Virus record (IMG/VR): IMGVR_UViG_2923286960_000003
Location: 1-55,602 of that record
DNA from: a virus
Taxonomy: Duplodnaviria; Heunggongvirae; Uroviricota; Caudoviricetes
Reading direction: 5' to 3' (one strand)
DNA length: 55,602 bases
In this document: one piece after another, positions 1 to 8,529 of the stretch
How positions within the stretch are numbered: the first letter of the stretch is position 1
Layout of the letters: each line of letters begins with the position of its first letter
Translations under genes and position numbers: made by a program
The notes under the pieces: model-generated
Seen by the model: the letters and a program-made list of their open reading frames with translations, nothing else
Database searches by the model: none
Told to the model about the DNA's origin: nothing

Positions 1-1131
1 TCAAATGACCAGTTTTTTCCATTCCTTACCGCGTGCGTCGTTGTAAATATCGGTCATTTTTTGATTCGAATGGCCTAGCAAAATTTTGGTATCAACCCCC
101 TGCTCTCTGAACAATCGCTCTGATAAAGATCTCTGCTCATGGAAAGAGGGTGGGGTGCCATTAGCACGCCAGTTGTAATCCACAGAATCCCGGGCTTTTT
201 TAAATGCAACGGTTAATGTTGCTGGCTTAACCATCCCGCCGCGCTTAGCTGTCCCTTTCGCGTGATGGTGGTGCAATAGCCACGGACTAAGAACGCAATC
301 GCGGCAGGATGACACTACATCATCCAGGGTGAGATTTAATTTATCGCAACGCAGAGCCAGAGGGATGGCAATCCGGGTTCCTGTTTTTTGCTGTTCGACA
401 TGAAGATAACCATCCCGGATATCCGAAAATTGCATTTTGCAAATATCTGAAAGGCGCTGGCCTGTCATCAGTGCCAGCAGCATACCGCGCTGTAAAAAGT
501 AACCATTCTTTTCCGCTGCGTTATAAATCATCATCCACTCATCAAAAGTCAGTCGCTGTCTTGATATCCGCACCTGCGGTTTTTTTGCTGATTCTGCAGG
601 GTTAAAGCCTGGCGGGACATCGCCCGTTTGCTGAGCTTCCCGGAAAACATCGATCAGTACTTTCCTGAAAATTTGTCCCATTCTGTTATGTCCTCTGGCC
701 TTGTACTCTTCCAGTACTGATACCACATCTTTTACGGTTATGGCATCTAACGGTCTGGTGCCAAAACGTTCATCAAATACCCTGAGAGGGGCCGCTTTCT
801 GTTTCAGCGTGTTGAGTTTGATCTCGCCGTTTTCATATCTTTCCTGTTGAATTTTTCTGTAATTATTCAGAAAAATGGTAACGGTTGATGAACCGCCGGT
901 ATCACTAATAATTTTCTCCTGCAGACTGAGCATTTGTTCCATTTGCTGCCGGGCAAGACGGCTGTTCGCTTCTGCTGCAATAGTTTCTGCCAGTTTCTGG
1001 TCAATACTGCCGAGACCGTGATTTTTGCCTGTTATGGGATGCCTGTAACGCCAGTAAACTTTGTTATTTCTTTTGTCAAAATACGGAGATAATCCCGGAA
1101 CATCGGTTTTATATTTTCGCGGGCGCGCCAT
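1..1131 (-). CDS. int: phage integrase (tyrosine recombinase)
   Basis: 376-aa ORF with tyrosine-recombinase-like C-terminal region (R...H...Y spacing, LGHSNQKMTDIY); overlaps a small xis-like ORF upstream; sits at prophage edge. Confidence 0.85.
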   Translation of the reverse strand: MARPRKYKTDVPGLSPYFDKRNNKVYWRYRHPITGKNHGLGSIDQKLAETIAAEANSRLARQQMEQMLSLQEKIISDTGGSSTVTIFLNNYRKIQQERYENGEIKLNTLKQKAAPLRVFDERFGTRPLDAITVKDVVSVLEEYKARGHNRMGQIFRKVLIDVFREAQQTGDVPPGFNPAESAKKPQVRISRQRLTFDEWMMIYNAAEKNGYFLQRGMLLALMTGQRLSDICKMQFSDIRDGYLHVEQQKTGTRIAIPLALRCDKLNLTLDDVVSSCRDCVLSPWLLHHHHAKGTAKRGGMVKPATLTVAFKKARDSVDYNWRANGTPPSFHEQRSLSERLFREQGVDTKILLGHSNQKMTDIYNDARGKEWKKLVI

Positions 1132-1357
1132 CTTCCAGTATCCTCTTCAAAGCAGGGTGATCTGTGGCGATCACCTCCGGCTTGTTTACCATTCCGACAA
1201 AGCGAGCTTGCGGATCCACTCGCCAGCGTCTTCCAACTTTTTTGGGGAGAGGAAATATCATTCCGGCTTTAGCGTATTTACTTAACGTACTCGGAGTAGG
1301 GACCGGTTCACTGAATTCCTCTTTTGCCCACTCAGTGAGCAGAATAAGTCTTGCCAT
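1109..1357 (-). CDS. xis: excisionase-like small DNA-binding protein
   Basis: 82-aa basic ORF overlapping int start by 23 nt, the position and size typical of lambdoid Xis. Confidence 0.6.
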   Translation of the reverse strand: MARLILLTEWAKEEFSEPVPTPSTLSKYAKAGMIFPLPKKVGRRWRVDPQARFVGMVNKPEVIATDHPALKRILEDGAPAKI

Positions 1358-1421
1358 GAGCGTCGTTCGCTAATCATGGTCGCCGCCACTATAGCTGGTG
1401 GGCAACGACCGGGGTTGAACA

Positions 1422-3914
1422 TTAAAAATCAGCCTGATTTGGGATCAGTTTTTGCCAGATAGCTGAAACGTATTTTGCCTGGTAACGGGCGTCATCAAGT
1501 GCATTATGGCGCTCACCTTCGAATGGAATAGCCGTTCTGGCATCGAAGTCTATGGCTTTCCCCAGCTCAACGATTGTGCGTACATCGCGATCGTTGTAGT
1601 AACGCCACGGGCAGGGGATCCCCTGCCGTTCGTATGAACGGCGCAAAATCGTGTTGTCGAAGTTGGCTCCATTTCCCCAAACCTGAACAAAAAATTCACC
1701 GGAGTTTTCGTCGATAAATTCCCGCAATTGTAACAGTGCATCATCTAACGGGATTTCATCGGTCATAATGGCAGATTGCGCTTCGCGTGATTGCTTAAGC
1801 CACCATTTAATGGTGTCCCGATCAATGACTCCGCCAGCAGTTTCCAGATCGATAGTCTTACTAAATTCCGGTCCCATATCTCCGGTTTGCGGATCGAAAA
1901 ATATTGCACCTATTGAGATGATCGGGGCATCAGGATTTTTTCCCATGGTTTCAAGGTCGATCATTAGATGGTCACACGTCCTGCTGGTGGATGTGATTTC
2001 TTGATGACCGTTCACCTTAATTGAGTGATCTGCCGTCTCGCCAGTTTCATTATCGCTATCGTGATGCTGATTGCCGCCAGTGTTCTCCTTGTGTGGATGT
2101 TCAGCGCCTTCCATTTCCTCCGGATCATCTTCCTGAACTTCAGGCTGATACTCTTCATCGAATGTTTCCTGGTATGTTGCGTCGCCCATTACCGCGCCAC
2201 AATCAGGGCAGTTGCCGCCGCCGGTCTGACCGCAGGCGGTGCAGACTTTTTCCACTTCCTGTTGCGCCACTGATTCAGGCTGTTTCGTTTCTGGCTCGTT
2301 TTGTAACGCATTTGGGCTGTTTTGTAACGCATTTGGGCTGTTTTGTTCCGCTTTCTGGTCGTTCTGTTCCGTTTCTTGCTGGTTCTGGTTCACAGAATCG
2401 CGGGTCTGGTTCCCCTTAACCCATTTCGGATCATTCGGGTCGCTAATCCCTTCAACAAATTCACCACGTGATACTGCAAGCAGTTCATCGGCGTCAGGCT
2501 GGCTGATATTGGCTGCCTGCATAATTTTGTTTACTTCGTCAGCGGTAACTTTTACTGACCCTGGTTGTGCGGTCGTGTCAGATGCACCAGTATTTTGTTG
2601 TGAACCTGAGTATGTACCGTTTTTGCGGGCGAAATATTCTTCTTTCGTGATTTCAGTAGCCCCAGCAGACAGCGCCTTATCCAGACCAGAAAGTTTGTTT
2701 GCGCGACCGTATTTTTCGCCATCCTTGTCGGTGAAGAGGAAGTAGAACGGCCCCTCACGTTCTACAGATGGTTCGACTTCCACTTTGCATTCGGTTTTTT
2801 CGTTGTCCGGAATTGCCGTTTCCACTGCATCAGTTTCTGGTACTGGCGACGAGAGAGTATCAGTTGCGCTCTGATTTGTTCCTTCATCTTCAAACACGCC
2901 CTTTGTAGTCAGGTATTCAGTAATGTATTTGTTCAGTGCCACAGGGTCTTTGTGAATGTCGATCGGACGTTCACGGACAAGGCCAAAAATAGTCTGGCGG
3001 TCGTAGCGAAGGGCATCAGGCTGTTTGCGCATTGATGCCGAGATACGCTTCCAGTCTTCGCGGTCGTTGTCGATAACTTCATTTTTTGCCCAGCGATGGA
3101 TGCTGCCGTCAATGTTTCCGGCATCCACATCACCAGGCCAGAGAGCGTAGGCCAGTTCGTCATCCAGTGTTTTCCATGTCTGCTTGTATTCGCGATGAAT
3201 GGCAGCAATGACCGGGTTGATTTTTCCTGTTGAATTTTCAGTGTGCTGTTGATTGGCTCTGGCGCGGGCGAGATCAACAACAGACGTGTATTTTCCGGCT
3301 TCCTTGCGTTCACCTTCGCGACGTTTTTTCCAGATGCGCATCTCTGCCTGAATTTCGGGCCATTTGGCACCAGGCTTACATTTATGCTTAACCCACCCGA
3401 TGGCATGCAGCTTAAGCTCCGGATACATGGCGTTAACTTCTGGCATTTTCATTAACGCTTCAACGATATGTCCGTCGAATGTTGCCATGTCTTCCTGCAA
3501 CAGTTCCTGCGCGCTAATCACCATATCAACGGTGATGTTTTCACATGTGTCGAACTTAACCATGACAGCGTTCTGTACTTCAGGGGCCAGCTTGTCAAAA
3601 GTGACGTTCATCGGATCTGATTCAGTCTCAACCGGGACAAAGGAAGCAGACGCCTCATCCCAGCGGTTTTCCTGCATATATTCAGCATCCCAGGAATCTA
3701 GGGCAGGGCGGGGTATACCGGGTTTATCCTCGCAGACAAGAAATTTATAAGCGCAGTCCTGAGCAGCCGGATAATGTTCCAGGAATTGCCAGTGAAATTT
3801 TGCGCGGGCGCGACGTTCATCACCGGCTTCAATGGCAGTGGCTACAGCGACGGCACCTTCTTCCTTTATTGCCTGTTCGTCCGGAATGGCGGCGCAAATA
3901 AAGACTTTACTCAT
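1422..3914 (-). CDS. large early protein with C-terminal DnaQ-like 3'-5' exonuclease domain (DEDDh)
   Basis: 830 aa; C-terminal DLETMG...H..NALDDA motifs; central CxxC...CxxC zinc-ribbon-like segment; low-complexity Q/N/E-rich linker. Confidence 0.7.
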   Translation of the reverse strand: MSKVFICAAIPDEQAIKEEGAVAVATAIEAGDERRARAKFHWQFLEHYPAAQDCAYKFLVCEDKPGIPRPALDSWDAEYMQENRWDEASASFVPVETESDPMNVTFDKLAPEVQNAVMVKFDTCENITVDMVISAQELLQEDMATFDGHIVEALMKMPEVNAMYPELKLHAIGWVKHKCKPGAKWPEIQAEMRIWKKRREGERKEAGKYTSVVDLARARANQQHTENSTGKINPVIAAIHREYKQTWKTLDDELAYALWPGDVDAGNIDGSIHRWAKNEVIDNDREDWKRISASMRKQPDALRYDRQTIFGLVRERPIDIHKDPVALNKYITEYLTTKGVFEDEGTNQSATDTLSSPVPETDAVETAIPDNEKTECKVEVEPSVEREGPFYFLFTDKDGEKYGRANKLSGLDKALSAGATEITKEEYFARKNGTYSGSQQNTGASDTTAQPGSVKVTADEVNKIMQAANISQPDADELLAVSRGEFVEGISDPNDPKWVKGNQTRDSVNQNQQETEQNDQKAEQNSPNALQNSPNALQNEPETKQPESVAQQEVEKVCTACGQTGGGNCPDCGAVMGDATYQETFDEEYQPEVQEDDPEEMEGAEHPHKENTGGNQHHDSDNETGETADHSIKVNGHQEITSTSRTCDHLMIDLETMGKNPDAPIISIGAIFFDPQTGDMGPEFSKTIDLETAGGVIDRDTIKWWLKQSREAQSAIMTDEIPLDDALLQLREFIDENSGEFFVQVWGNGANFDNTILRRSYERQGIPCPWRYYNDRDVRTIVELGKAIDFDARTAIPFEGERHNALDDARYQAKYVSAIWQKLIPNQADF
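2298..2339. repeat. 2 x 21-bp perfect tandem repeat (gttttgtaacgcatttgggct) inside exonuclease gene
   Basis: direct read; encodes NSPNALQ NSPNALQ in the minus-strand protein. Confidence 0.8.
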
Positions 3915-3993
3915 TTTGTTTTACCTCATTACAGATTTAAGGGTGAACAAATCCCTGCCATTGCTGGCATATAAAAATGAAACTGGATATTAA

Positions 3994-4197
3994 TTACGGC
4001 GCTGTTTTTAATCCTGCCGGGATTTCGTTATTGTCCATGTGAATAACTTTATCGACCGGATAACAGTTGCCGGGAATTTTCTGTTCCGCTGCGGCAGCCA
4101 TGCATTCTTTCATTGAGTTGTACATGCCGGTGATTGCATCAAGCGACTCACCAGTATTGAGATGTACAGTCAGAATGAGTACGAATAATGTGTTCAT
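3994..4197 (-). CDS. small hypothetical protein with hydrophobic N-terminus
   Basis: 67-aa ORF directly downstream of dicB homolog; GGAGAG RBS; position matches ydfD slot of Qin-type prophages, identity not verified. Confidence 0.35.
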   Translation of the reverse strand: MNTLFVLILTVHLNTGESLDAITGMYNSMKECMAAAAEQKIPGNCYPVDKVIHMDNNEIPAGLKTAP

Positions 4198-4382
4198 CGC
4201 CACTCTCCGAAAATACCGAGTTTAAGAAGGGCAATTCTGGAGAGTATGGAATTGTCATTCAGCAGGTAGGGTTCATATTTTCTCATATTGATTGCATCCT
4301 CGGTGAAATCCCTGTTACTGAGCAGAACACCAATATTAAAGCACCCGTCAGACGTATTAACGTTTGGTAGTGACGTTTCCAT
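4194..4382 (-). CDS. dicB: DicB-like cell division inhibitor
   Basis: 62 aa; LPNVNTSDGCFNIGVLLSN..FTEDAINMRK matches my recollection of K-12 DicB (LPNVNTSEGCFEIGV...FTEDAINKRK). Confidence 0.75.
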   Translation of the reverse strand: METSLPNVNTSDGCFNIGVLLSNRDFTEDAINMRKYEPYLLNDNSILSRIALLKLGIFGEWR

Positions 4383-4392
4383 TATCGCGTCC

Positions 4393-4950
4393 TCAACAAT
4401 GAATTTTTAGCAATTGCTCCACAGTCATATTTTTAATTGCGCTCCGGTTTACAAGAGTCCATCCTTGTTTCTCCAGATAAAACCGGAAGGTATCCAGGGT
4501 GCAGACCATTGCGTCGTCAGGAACGGTTTCAGTGAATTTGATATTGCCGTGTTCGTCGAGACGGATAACCAGGGTGCGTCCGTCCCCGTGAATCATTTTG
4601 TCGGGAGACGGGGCGTTATTCTGGCGCAGTTCTGCTTCCATGCGGTCGAACTCAGCAATGTATGCCTCTTTAAATGCAGCGGCTTTTTTGCCAGTGAAGC
4701 CCATCACCAGGAAAACGAAGCCGTTTTTGGTGATTTGGTACATTGGGAGTTTGCGCCCGGTTGAGTCGGTGTATTCGCTTGACACAAAATTGTGCTCAGT
4801 GAATTTTGCTGAACAGTCCAGATTGCGAATTTTATCCAACACTCGTTCGTGGCGTTTGCCAAAGAACTCGGCGATCGCAACAGACGTAGTGACAGCGCGA
4901 CCATTTTCGATGGTTACGTCAGGGTGAGAAAGGGTAAGGATAGTAGCCAT
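4393..4950 (-). CDS. Rha family phage regulatory protein
   Basis: 185 aa from internal ATG (MATILTLSHPDV...); SVAIAEFFGKRHERVLDKIRNL motif typical of Phage_pRha; ORF-track upstream extension to 5247 judged non-coding. Confidence 0.65.
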   Translation of the reverse strand: MATILTLSHPDVTIENGRAVTTSVAIAEFFGKRHERVLDKIRNLDCSAKFTEHNFVSSEYTDSTGRKLPMYQITKNGFVFLVMGFTGKKAAAFKEAYIAEFDRMEAELRQNNAPSPDKMIHGDGRTLVIRLDEHGNIKFTETVPDDAMVCTLDTFRFYLEKQGWTLVNRSAIKNMTVEQLLKIHC

Positions 4951-5430
4951 GATGGCAGCCTCCGCGATGAATTTGATTAACTCACCACCGAGGTTTTCCA
5001 CGACCATAAGGGTGGTGAGACGTACAGGGGTGGAAATACCGGTCATCACGGAACCCGGCCAGCCTTGCGGCTGCCCTGCACGCCCCACCATAATGCGAAT
5101 GTGGCTGTGCTTAACGCATAAAAAAACCGCCTGAGCGCGGTTATGCGCCGTGAATGATTTCGGGTTTCCACGCCCGGCACCCGTTTTATGAGGTGCAGGT
5201 GCACTATAATTCCACCCGTTCTGGTTTTCAATAGCTACATTCAACATTTTCTCTACCTTTCATCACCGAAGTGAACTTTGTTGATGCGGTGCCTGGTGCC
5301 TCCAGGTGACGTTAACCAGTTAACAATTAACGTCGGATACAGAGCATTCCCGTTACGCCCGTAAAAGACCGCTTGTTTTAACTGTTCCGCGTGCGCTCAG
5401 CCGCATTCACCGCATCACAAAATTCACTTT

Positions 5431-5488
5431 AAAAACGGCGGCAGAGCAGTCACGGAGTAAAACTGATACCGCCAAACGTCACCAGAAA
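5431..5488 (-). ncRNA. dicF: DicF small regulatory RNA
   Basis: minus-strand sequence TTTCTGGTGACGTTTGGCGGTATCAGTTTTACTCCGTGACTGCTCTGCCGCC followed by T-run; matches remembered DicF with GGCGG/CCGCC terminator stem. Confidence 0.85.
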
Positions 5489-5822
5489 ATTGATAACAGA
5501 GGGCGTTGCAGCGGGGTTGTCACTTAAGCGTATGGTCAACCTGACAACCCGGTGTCCTCAACGGGGAAGGAATAACCCCGCCATACTTACCGCCGCGCCA
5601 TTTCGCGGATTGCCACAACCGGAAGCGCACGGTCGACGAAAATTTAACGACAGGCTATCTATGAACCAGCTACCTCGCCGAGCGCTTTCGCGTTATGGTC
5701 TGACTTTTCAGGGAAATATCCTTTCAGTAAACTGTCAGTGCCGGATGCTCACCCGTGTCCGGCGCACGCACTCCACCTCACCCGTGGAGAACTCCTTAAT
5801 CACCAACCCTCAGGAGGGTGAA

Positions 5823-6098
5823 ATGTCGACTGAAAATGATGAAATCATTAACTCCCTGATACGCCAGATTAATAATTTTGATAAAGCATTGCAGCATGCT
5901 GCGGCGCGTAGTGATATAACTCTTTTAGCAATTTCATTTCTTGCATCTGTTATGGATAAAAATGAAGTCGTACGACAGAGTCTTGTTGATTATATCGACT
6001 CGCTTCAACCCGGCACTTTCAATCATGAGAGCTTCAATCATGAGAAAGAGCATGTTAAGTCTGTAATTAATTCTCTTATTTTGAATCAAAAGAATTAA
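5823..6098 (+). CDS. hypothetical protein (91 aa), AT-rich
   Basis: strong RBS (caggagggtgaaATG); convergent with the early-left operon; contains FNHESFNHE tandem repeat. Confidence 0.35.
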   Translation: MSTENDEIINSLIRQINNFDKALQHAAARSDITLLAISFLASVMDKNEVVRQSLVDYIDSLQPGTFNHESFNHEKEHVKSVINSLILNQKN

Positions 6099-6396
6099 TG
6101 CTTTTTGTTGCAAAGTAATTTTCAAGGGGTTCTATTCGAATCCCTTTCTTTTTCATTAACAAGCCAAACCCCTTATCAATGATGTCCATTAGATCCAGGA
6201 AGTATTTTTCATGTAAATCCTGGTTATCAGAGAGCTGCTTCTCTTCGTACAGACCGATAAAGGCACGACGCACGTTACCGGATATAGTATCGATGGTTTC
6301 TTTTTCTACGGTACTCAGGTCAAGAGTCGCCAGTTGGGAACGAACTATATTCGCTGCCATTTCCTGGAATGGCATTGGTAAATCTTTAAATTCCAT
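6076..6396 (-). CDS. hypothetical protein (106 aa)
   Basis: ORF with GAGG RBS between ydfC-like gene and DicF; no recognisable motif. Confidence 0.4.
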   Translation of the reverse strand: MEFKDLPMPFQEMAANIVRSQLATLDLSTVEKETIDTISGNVRRAFIGLYEEKQLSDNQDLHEKYFLDLMDIIDKGFGLLMKKKGIRIEPLENYFATKSINSFDSK

Positions 6397-6418
6397 TATT
6401 AGCCTCGTTGGTTAGCTA

Positions 6419-6637
6419 TTAACGTGGGTATGTAACCATTCTGGCAATGCTTAATGCCGCTGCTTTTTCCAGCCTGGTGATATCCTGCTCCAGAGCGGAC
6501 AGATTTTCAGCCTGCTTAGTCCTGGCTTCATTGGCCCATTTCAGATCCTGCACTGCATTAATTTTCTGGCGCATCCACTCATAAAGTTCATCATCGGTAT
6601 AGTCTGGCGCGATGATGACGGGTTCTCGTTTCTGCAT
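6419..6637 (-). CDS. YdfC-like small protein
   Basis: 72 aa, GAGGA RBS, third small ORF of the ydfA-B-C-like series upstream of DicF as in Qin prophage; identity from synteny and size. Confidence 0.5.
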   Translation of the reverse strand: MQKREPVIIAPDYTDDELYEWMRQKINAVQDLKWANEARTKQAENLSALEQDITRLEKAAALSIARMVTYPR

Positions 6638-6666
6638 ACTGATTCCTCGCGGTGCTGTTTCGCTTA

Positions 6667-6795
6667 TCAGCCGTTAGATTTTCCCGAACTGGAAAGCGCC
6701 TGTTTAAATTCACTGAAGCTGAGAGCTTCTTCGCCTTCGGCAAGACCATCGAAGTATTCTTCGTAAGCCTTTTCCATGATTGTGTCGAAATCCAT
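6667..6795 (-). CDS. YdfB-like small protein (42 aa)
   Basis: hand-translated MDFDTIMEKAYEEYFDGLAEGEEALSFSEFKQALSSSGKSNG; start overlaps ydfA-like stop (coupled); not in ORF track because under 60 aa. Confidence 0.5.
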   Translation of the reverse strand: MDFDTIMEKAYEEYFDGLAEGEEALSFSEFKQALSSSGKSNG

Positions 6796-6796
6796 A

Positions 6797-6952
6797 TCAC
6801 TCACCTGAGTTTCTTTCCAGCCAGCGACGGGCACCATTTTCGGTTTTAAACGTTTTGCTTTTGGTATACGTCATCGCGGTGAATGTGCCGTCCTGGTTGG
6901 GAAACACGCCGTACACCAGAGATTCGTTGTTGCCAAGCTCGATAGTATCCAT
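6797..6952 (-). CDS. YdfA-like small protein (51 aa)
   Basis: hand-translated MDTIELGNNESLVYGVFPNQDGTFTAMTYTKSKTFKTENGARRWLERNSGE; first gene of leftward operon. Confidence 0.5.
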   Translation of the reverse strand: MDTIELGNNESLVYGVFPNQDGTFTAMTYTKSKTFKTENGARRWLERNSGE

Positions 6953-7148
6953 GCTGACCTCATTTCCCCTTAACGCCGGGTGGCGGAACTAAAACCTACA
7001 GCGCCGTGCTGTTCTTGATAGAAATATTAGTAACGCGGATATTTTAAGTCAACAGTATGGCGTATGATATTTTTGATTTGGTAACTATGTAAATGTTTTT
7101 TCAAGGGAAAAATATTAGTTATACAGCTGATTTGCAGAAGTTATGGCA

Positions 7149-7179
7149 CAAAAAAACCGACTAAGACGTCGGTTTTTTT
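7149..7179. terminator. bidirectional rho-independent terminator
   Basis: aaaaaaaccgac-taaga-cgtcggttttttt: GC stem flanked by A-run and T-run; lies between repressor gene end and early-left operon. Confidence 0.55.
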
Positions 7180-7205
7180 GTTGTGGATGGGGTAGTGAGC
7201 GGTGG

Positions 7206-7667
7206 CTACTGGTTACGTTTCTTTAGTGCCAGCATGTTCTCGAAGGCTTCCTCGTAGAGCTTGTTTAGTCCACGTAGCTGGTTAAGGAGTTTGGCTTTTT
7301 CTGACGCAGGTAGAATCTCGAAGAGGTTAAGTAACTCTGCCTGTTCTTCATTGACCAGCCTCCATCCTTTGCCTGAAAAGTTATCATCATAAGTATCTGA
7401 TGATCTTACATAATTCATTAAGTCTTTAAGGTCTTCTCGAATGTCCTCTGGTTTTACCTTTAACAGAGCCGCAAATTTTAGCGCAGCGTCGGTATTTACC
7501 GGTATCTTGCCGTTCAGATACTGGCTAACGGTGCCTTGAGATTCGAATCCCAACAACTCAGCCGCCAGCTCTTGAGTCAGCTTCAGCTCTTTTTTTCTTG
7601 CATTCCATGCGGCTTTTAAATTCTTGCTCGCTTCTGGAGTTGCAATCACTTCGCGTGTTTTTTTCAT
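7206..7667 (-). CDS. DicA/CI-like prophage repressor (HTH XRE N-terminus, no S24 peptidase)
   Basis: 153 aa; HTH LTQELAAELLGFESQGTVSQYLNG; C-terminal ELLNLFEILPASEKAKLL resembles remembered DicA C-terminus; divergent from cro-like gene. Confidence 0.7.
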   Translation of the reverse strand: MKKTREVIATPEASKNLKAAWNARKKELKLTQELAAELLGFESQGTVSQYLNGKIPVNTDAALKFAALLKVKPEDIREDLKDLMNYVRSSDTYDDNFSGKGWRLVNEEQAELLNLFEILPASEKAKLLNQLRGLNKLYEEAFENMLALKKRNQ

Positions 7668-7715
7668 ACATAGAGTTTATTTGTTTTACCAATATTATCA
7701 AAGATAGTCTGGCTA

Positions 7716-7744
7716 TTGATCTTTAAAATTAGCGGGGCTAATAT
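7716..7744 (+). promoter_or_regulatory. PR-like sigma70 promoter for cro-like gene
   Basis: TTGATC (7716-7721), 17-bp spacer, TAATAT (7739-7744), about 30 nt upstream of cro-like ATG; TTGATC recurs 30 bp downstream (possible operator half-sites). Confidence 0.45.
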
Positions 7745-7774
7745 TTGATCGAGGCATAACGTAGAAGGTTGGCT

Positions 7775-8048
7775 ATGAACTTAAGAGACTATTTAAAAGA
7801 GAAACATATCACCCAGCTACAGTTTGGGAAGCTAACGGGTTTATCTCAGGTGCATGTAAGTCGAGTGCTGGGGGCTATGAAAGATTCAGCCCTGAAAAAG
7901 CATTACGTGTTGCTGAAGTAACGAATTTCGAGGTTCCACCTCATGAACTCCGGCCTGATATTTACCCGAATCCAACCGACGGCTTACCTGTTGGATTCAA
8001 GGCTAACACACCAAATGCATCGGAGTTGATTCATGAAAATCAGGCATG
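7775..8048 (+). pseudogene. Cro/YdaS-like HTH regulator with apparent 1-nt frameshift
   Basis: ATG 7775 ORF stops at 7921 after 48 aa; the adjacent frame continues as GYERFSPEKALRVAEVTNFEVPPHELRPDIYPNPTDG... to 8048; frames join at a G5 run (7870-7874). Confidence 0.45.
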
Positions 8049-8458
8049 AGCACATCCGCATGGCGATGAATGCCTGGGCGCATCCGGACGGTGAAAAAGT
8101 TCCGGCAGCTGAAATAACCCGGGCTTATTTTGAGCTTGGTATGACGTTCCCGGAATTATATGACGACAGCCATCCGGAAGCCCTGGCTCGCAATACCCAG
8201 AAAATTTTCCGCTGGGTGGAGAAAGACACTCCTGATGCGGTTAAAAAAATTCAGGCGTTGTTACCAGCGATCGAAAAAGCAATGCCGCCTCTGCTGGTGG
8301 CCCGAATGCGCAGCCACAGTTCAGCTTATTTTCGGGAGCTGGTGGAGACGCGGGAACGACTGGTGAGAGACGCTGATGATTTTGTCGCAGTGGCGATCGC
8401 TGGTTTCAACCAGATGAATCGTGGTGGCCCTGCAGGAAATATTGTGGCTGTGCATTGA
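8033..8458 (+). CDS. YdaT-like protein (CII-position regulator/toxin family)
   Basis: 141 aa beginning MKIRHEHI, ending VAVH; resembles Rac YdaT from memory; follows cro-like gene. Confidence 0.6.
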   Translation: MKIRHEHIRMAMNAWAHPDGEKVPAAEITRAYFELGMTFPELYDDSHPEALARNTQKIFRWVEKDTPDAVKKIQALLPAIEKAMPPLLVARMRSHSSAYFRELVETRERLVRDADDFVAVAIAGFNQMNRGGPAGNIVAVH

Positions 8459-8529
8459 CTCGCAATATTCATACCGGATCACTTCCGGCAATTTGTGAGT
8501 AAAAAGATTCGGTATCAGAAGAGGTGAGT

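Noticed and set aside
4951-5247. N-terminal extension of the Rha-like ORF in the six-frame track (284 aa)
   Set aside because: The upstream 100 codons have no RBS or domain signal and run through a terminator-like hairpin; the internal ATG at 4950 gives a normal-length Rha protein.
8160-8366. 68-aa alternative-frame ORF inside the YdaT-like gene, and similar embedded ORFs elsewhere
   Set aside because: Fully nested in another frame of a better-supported gene without independent start signals. The Rz1-like ORF is the one exception, supported by its lipobox.
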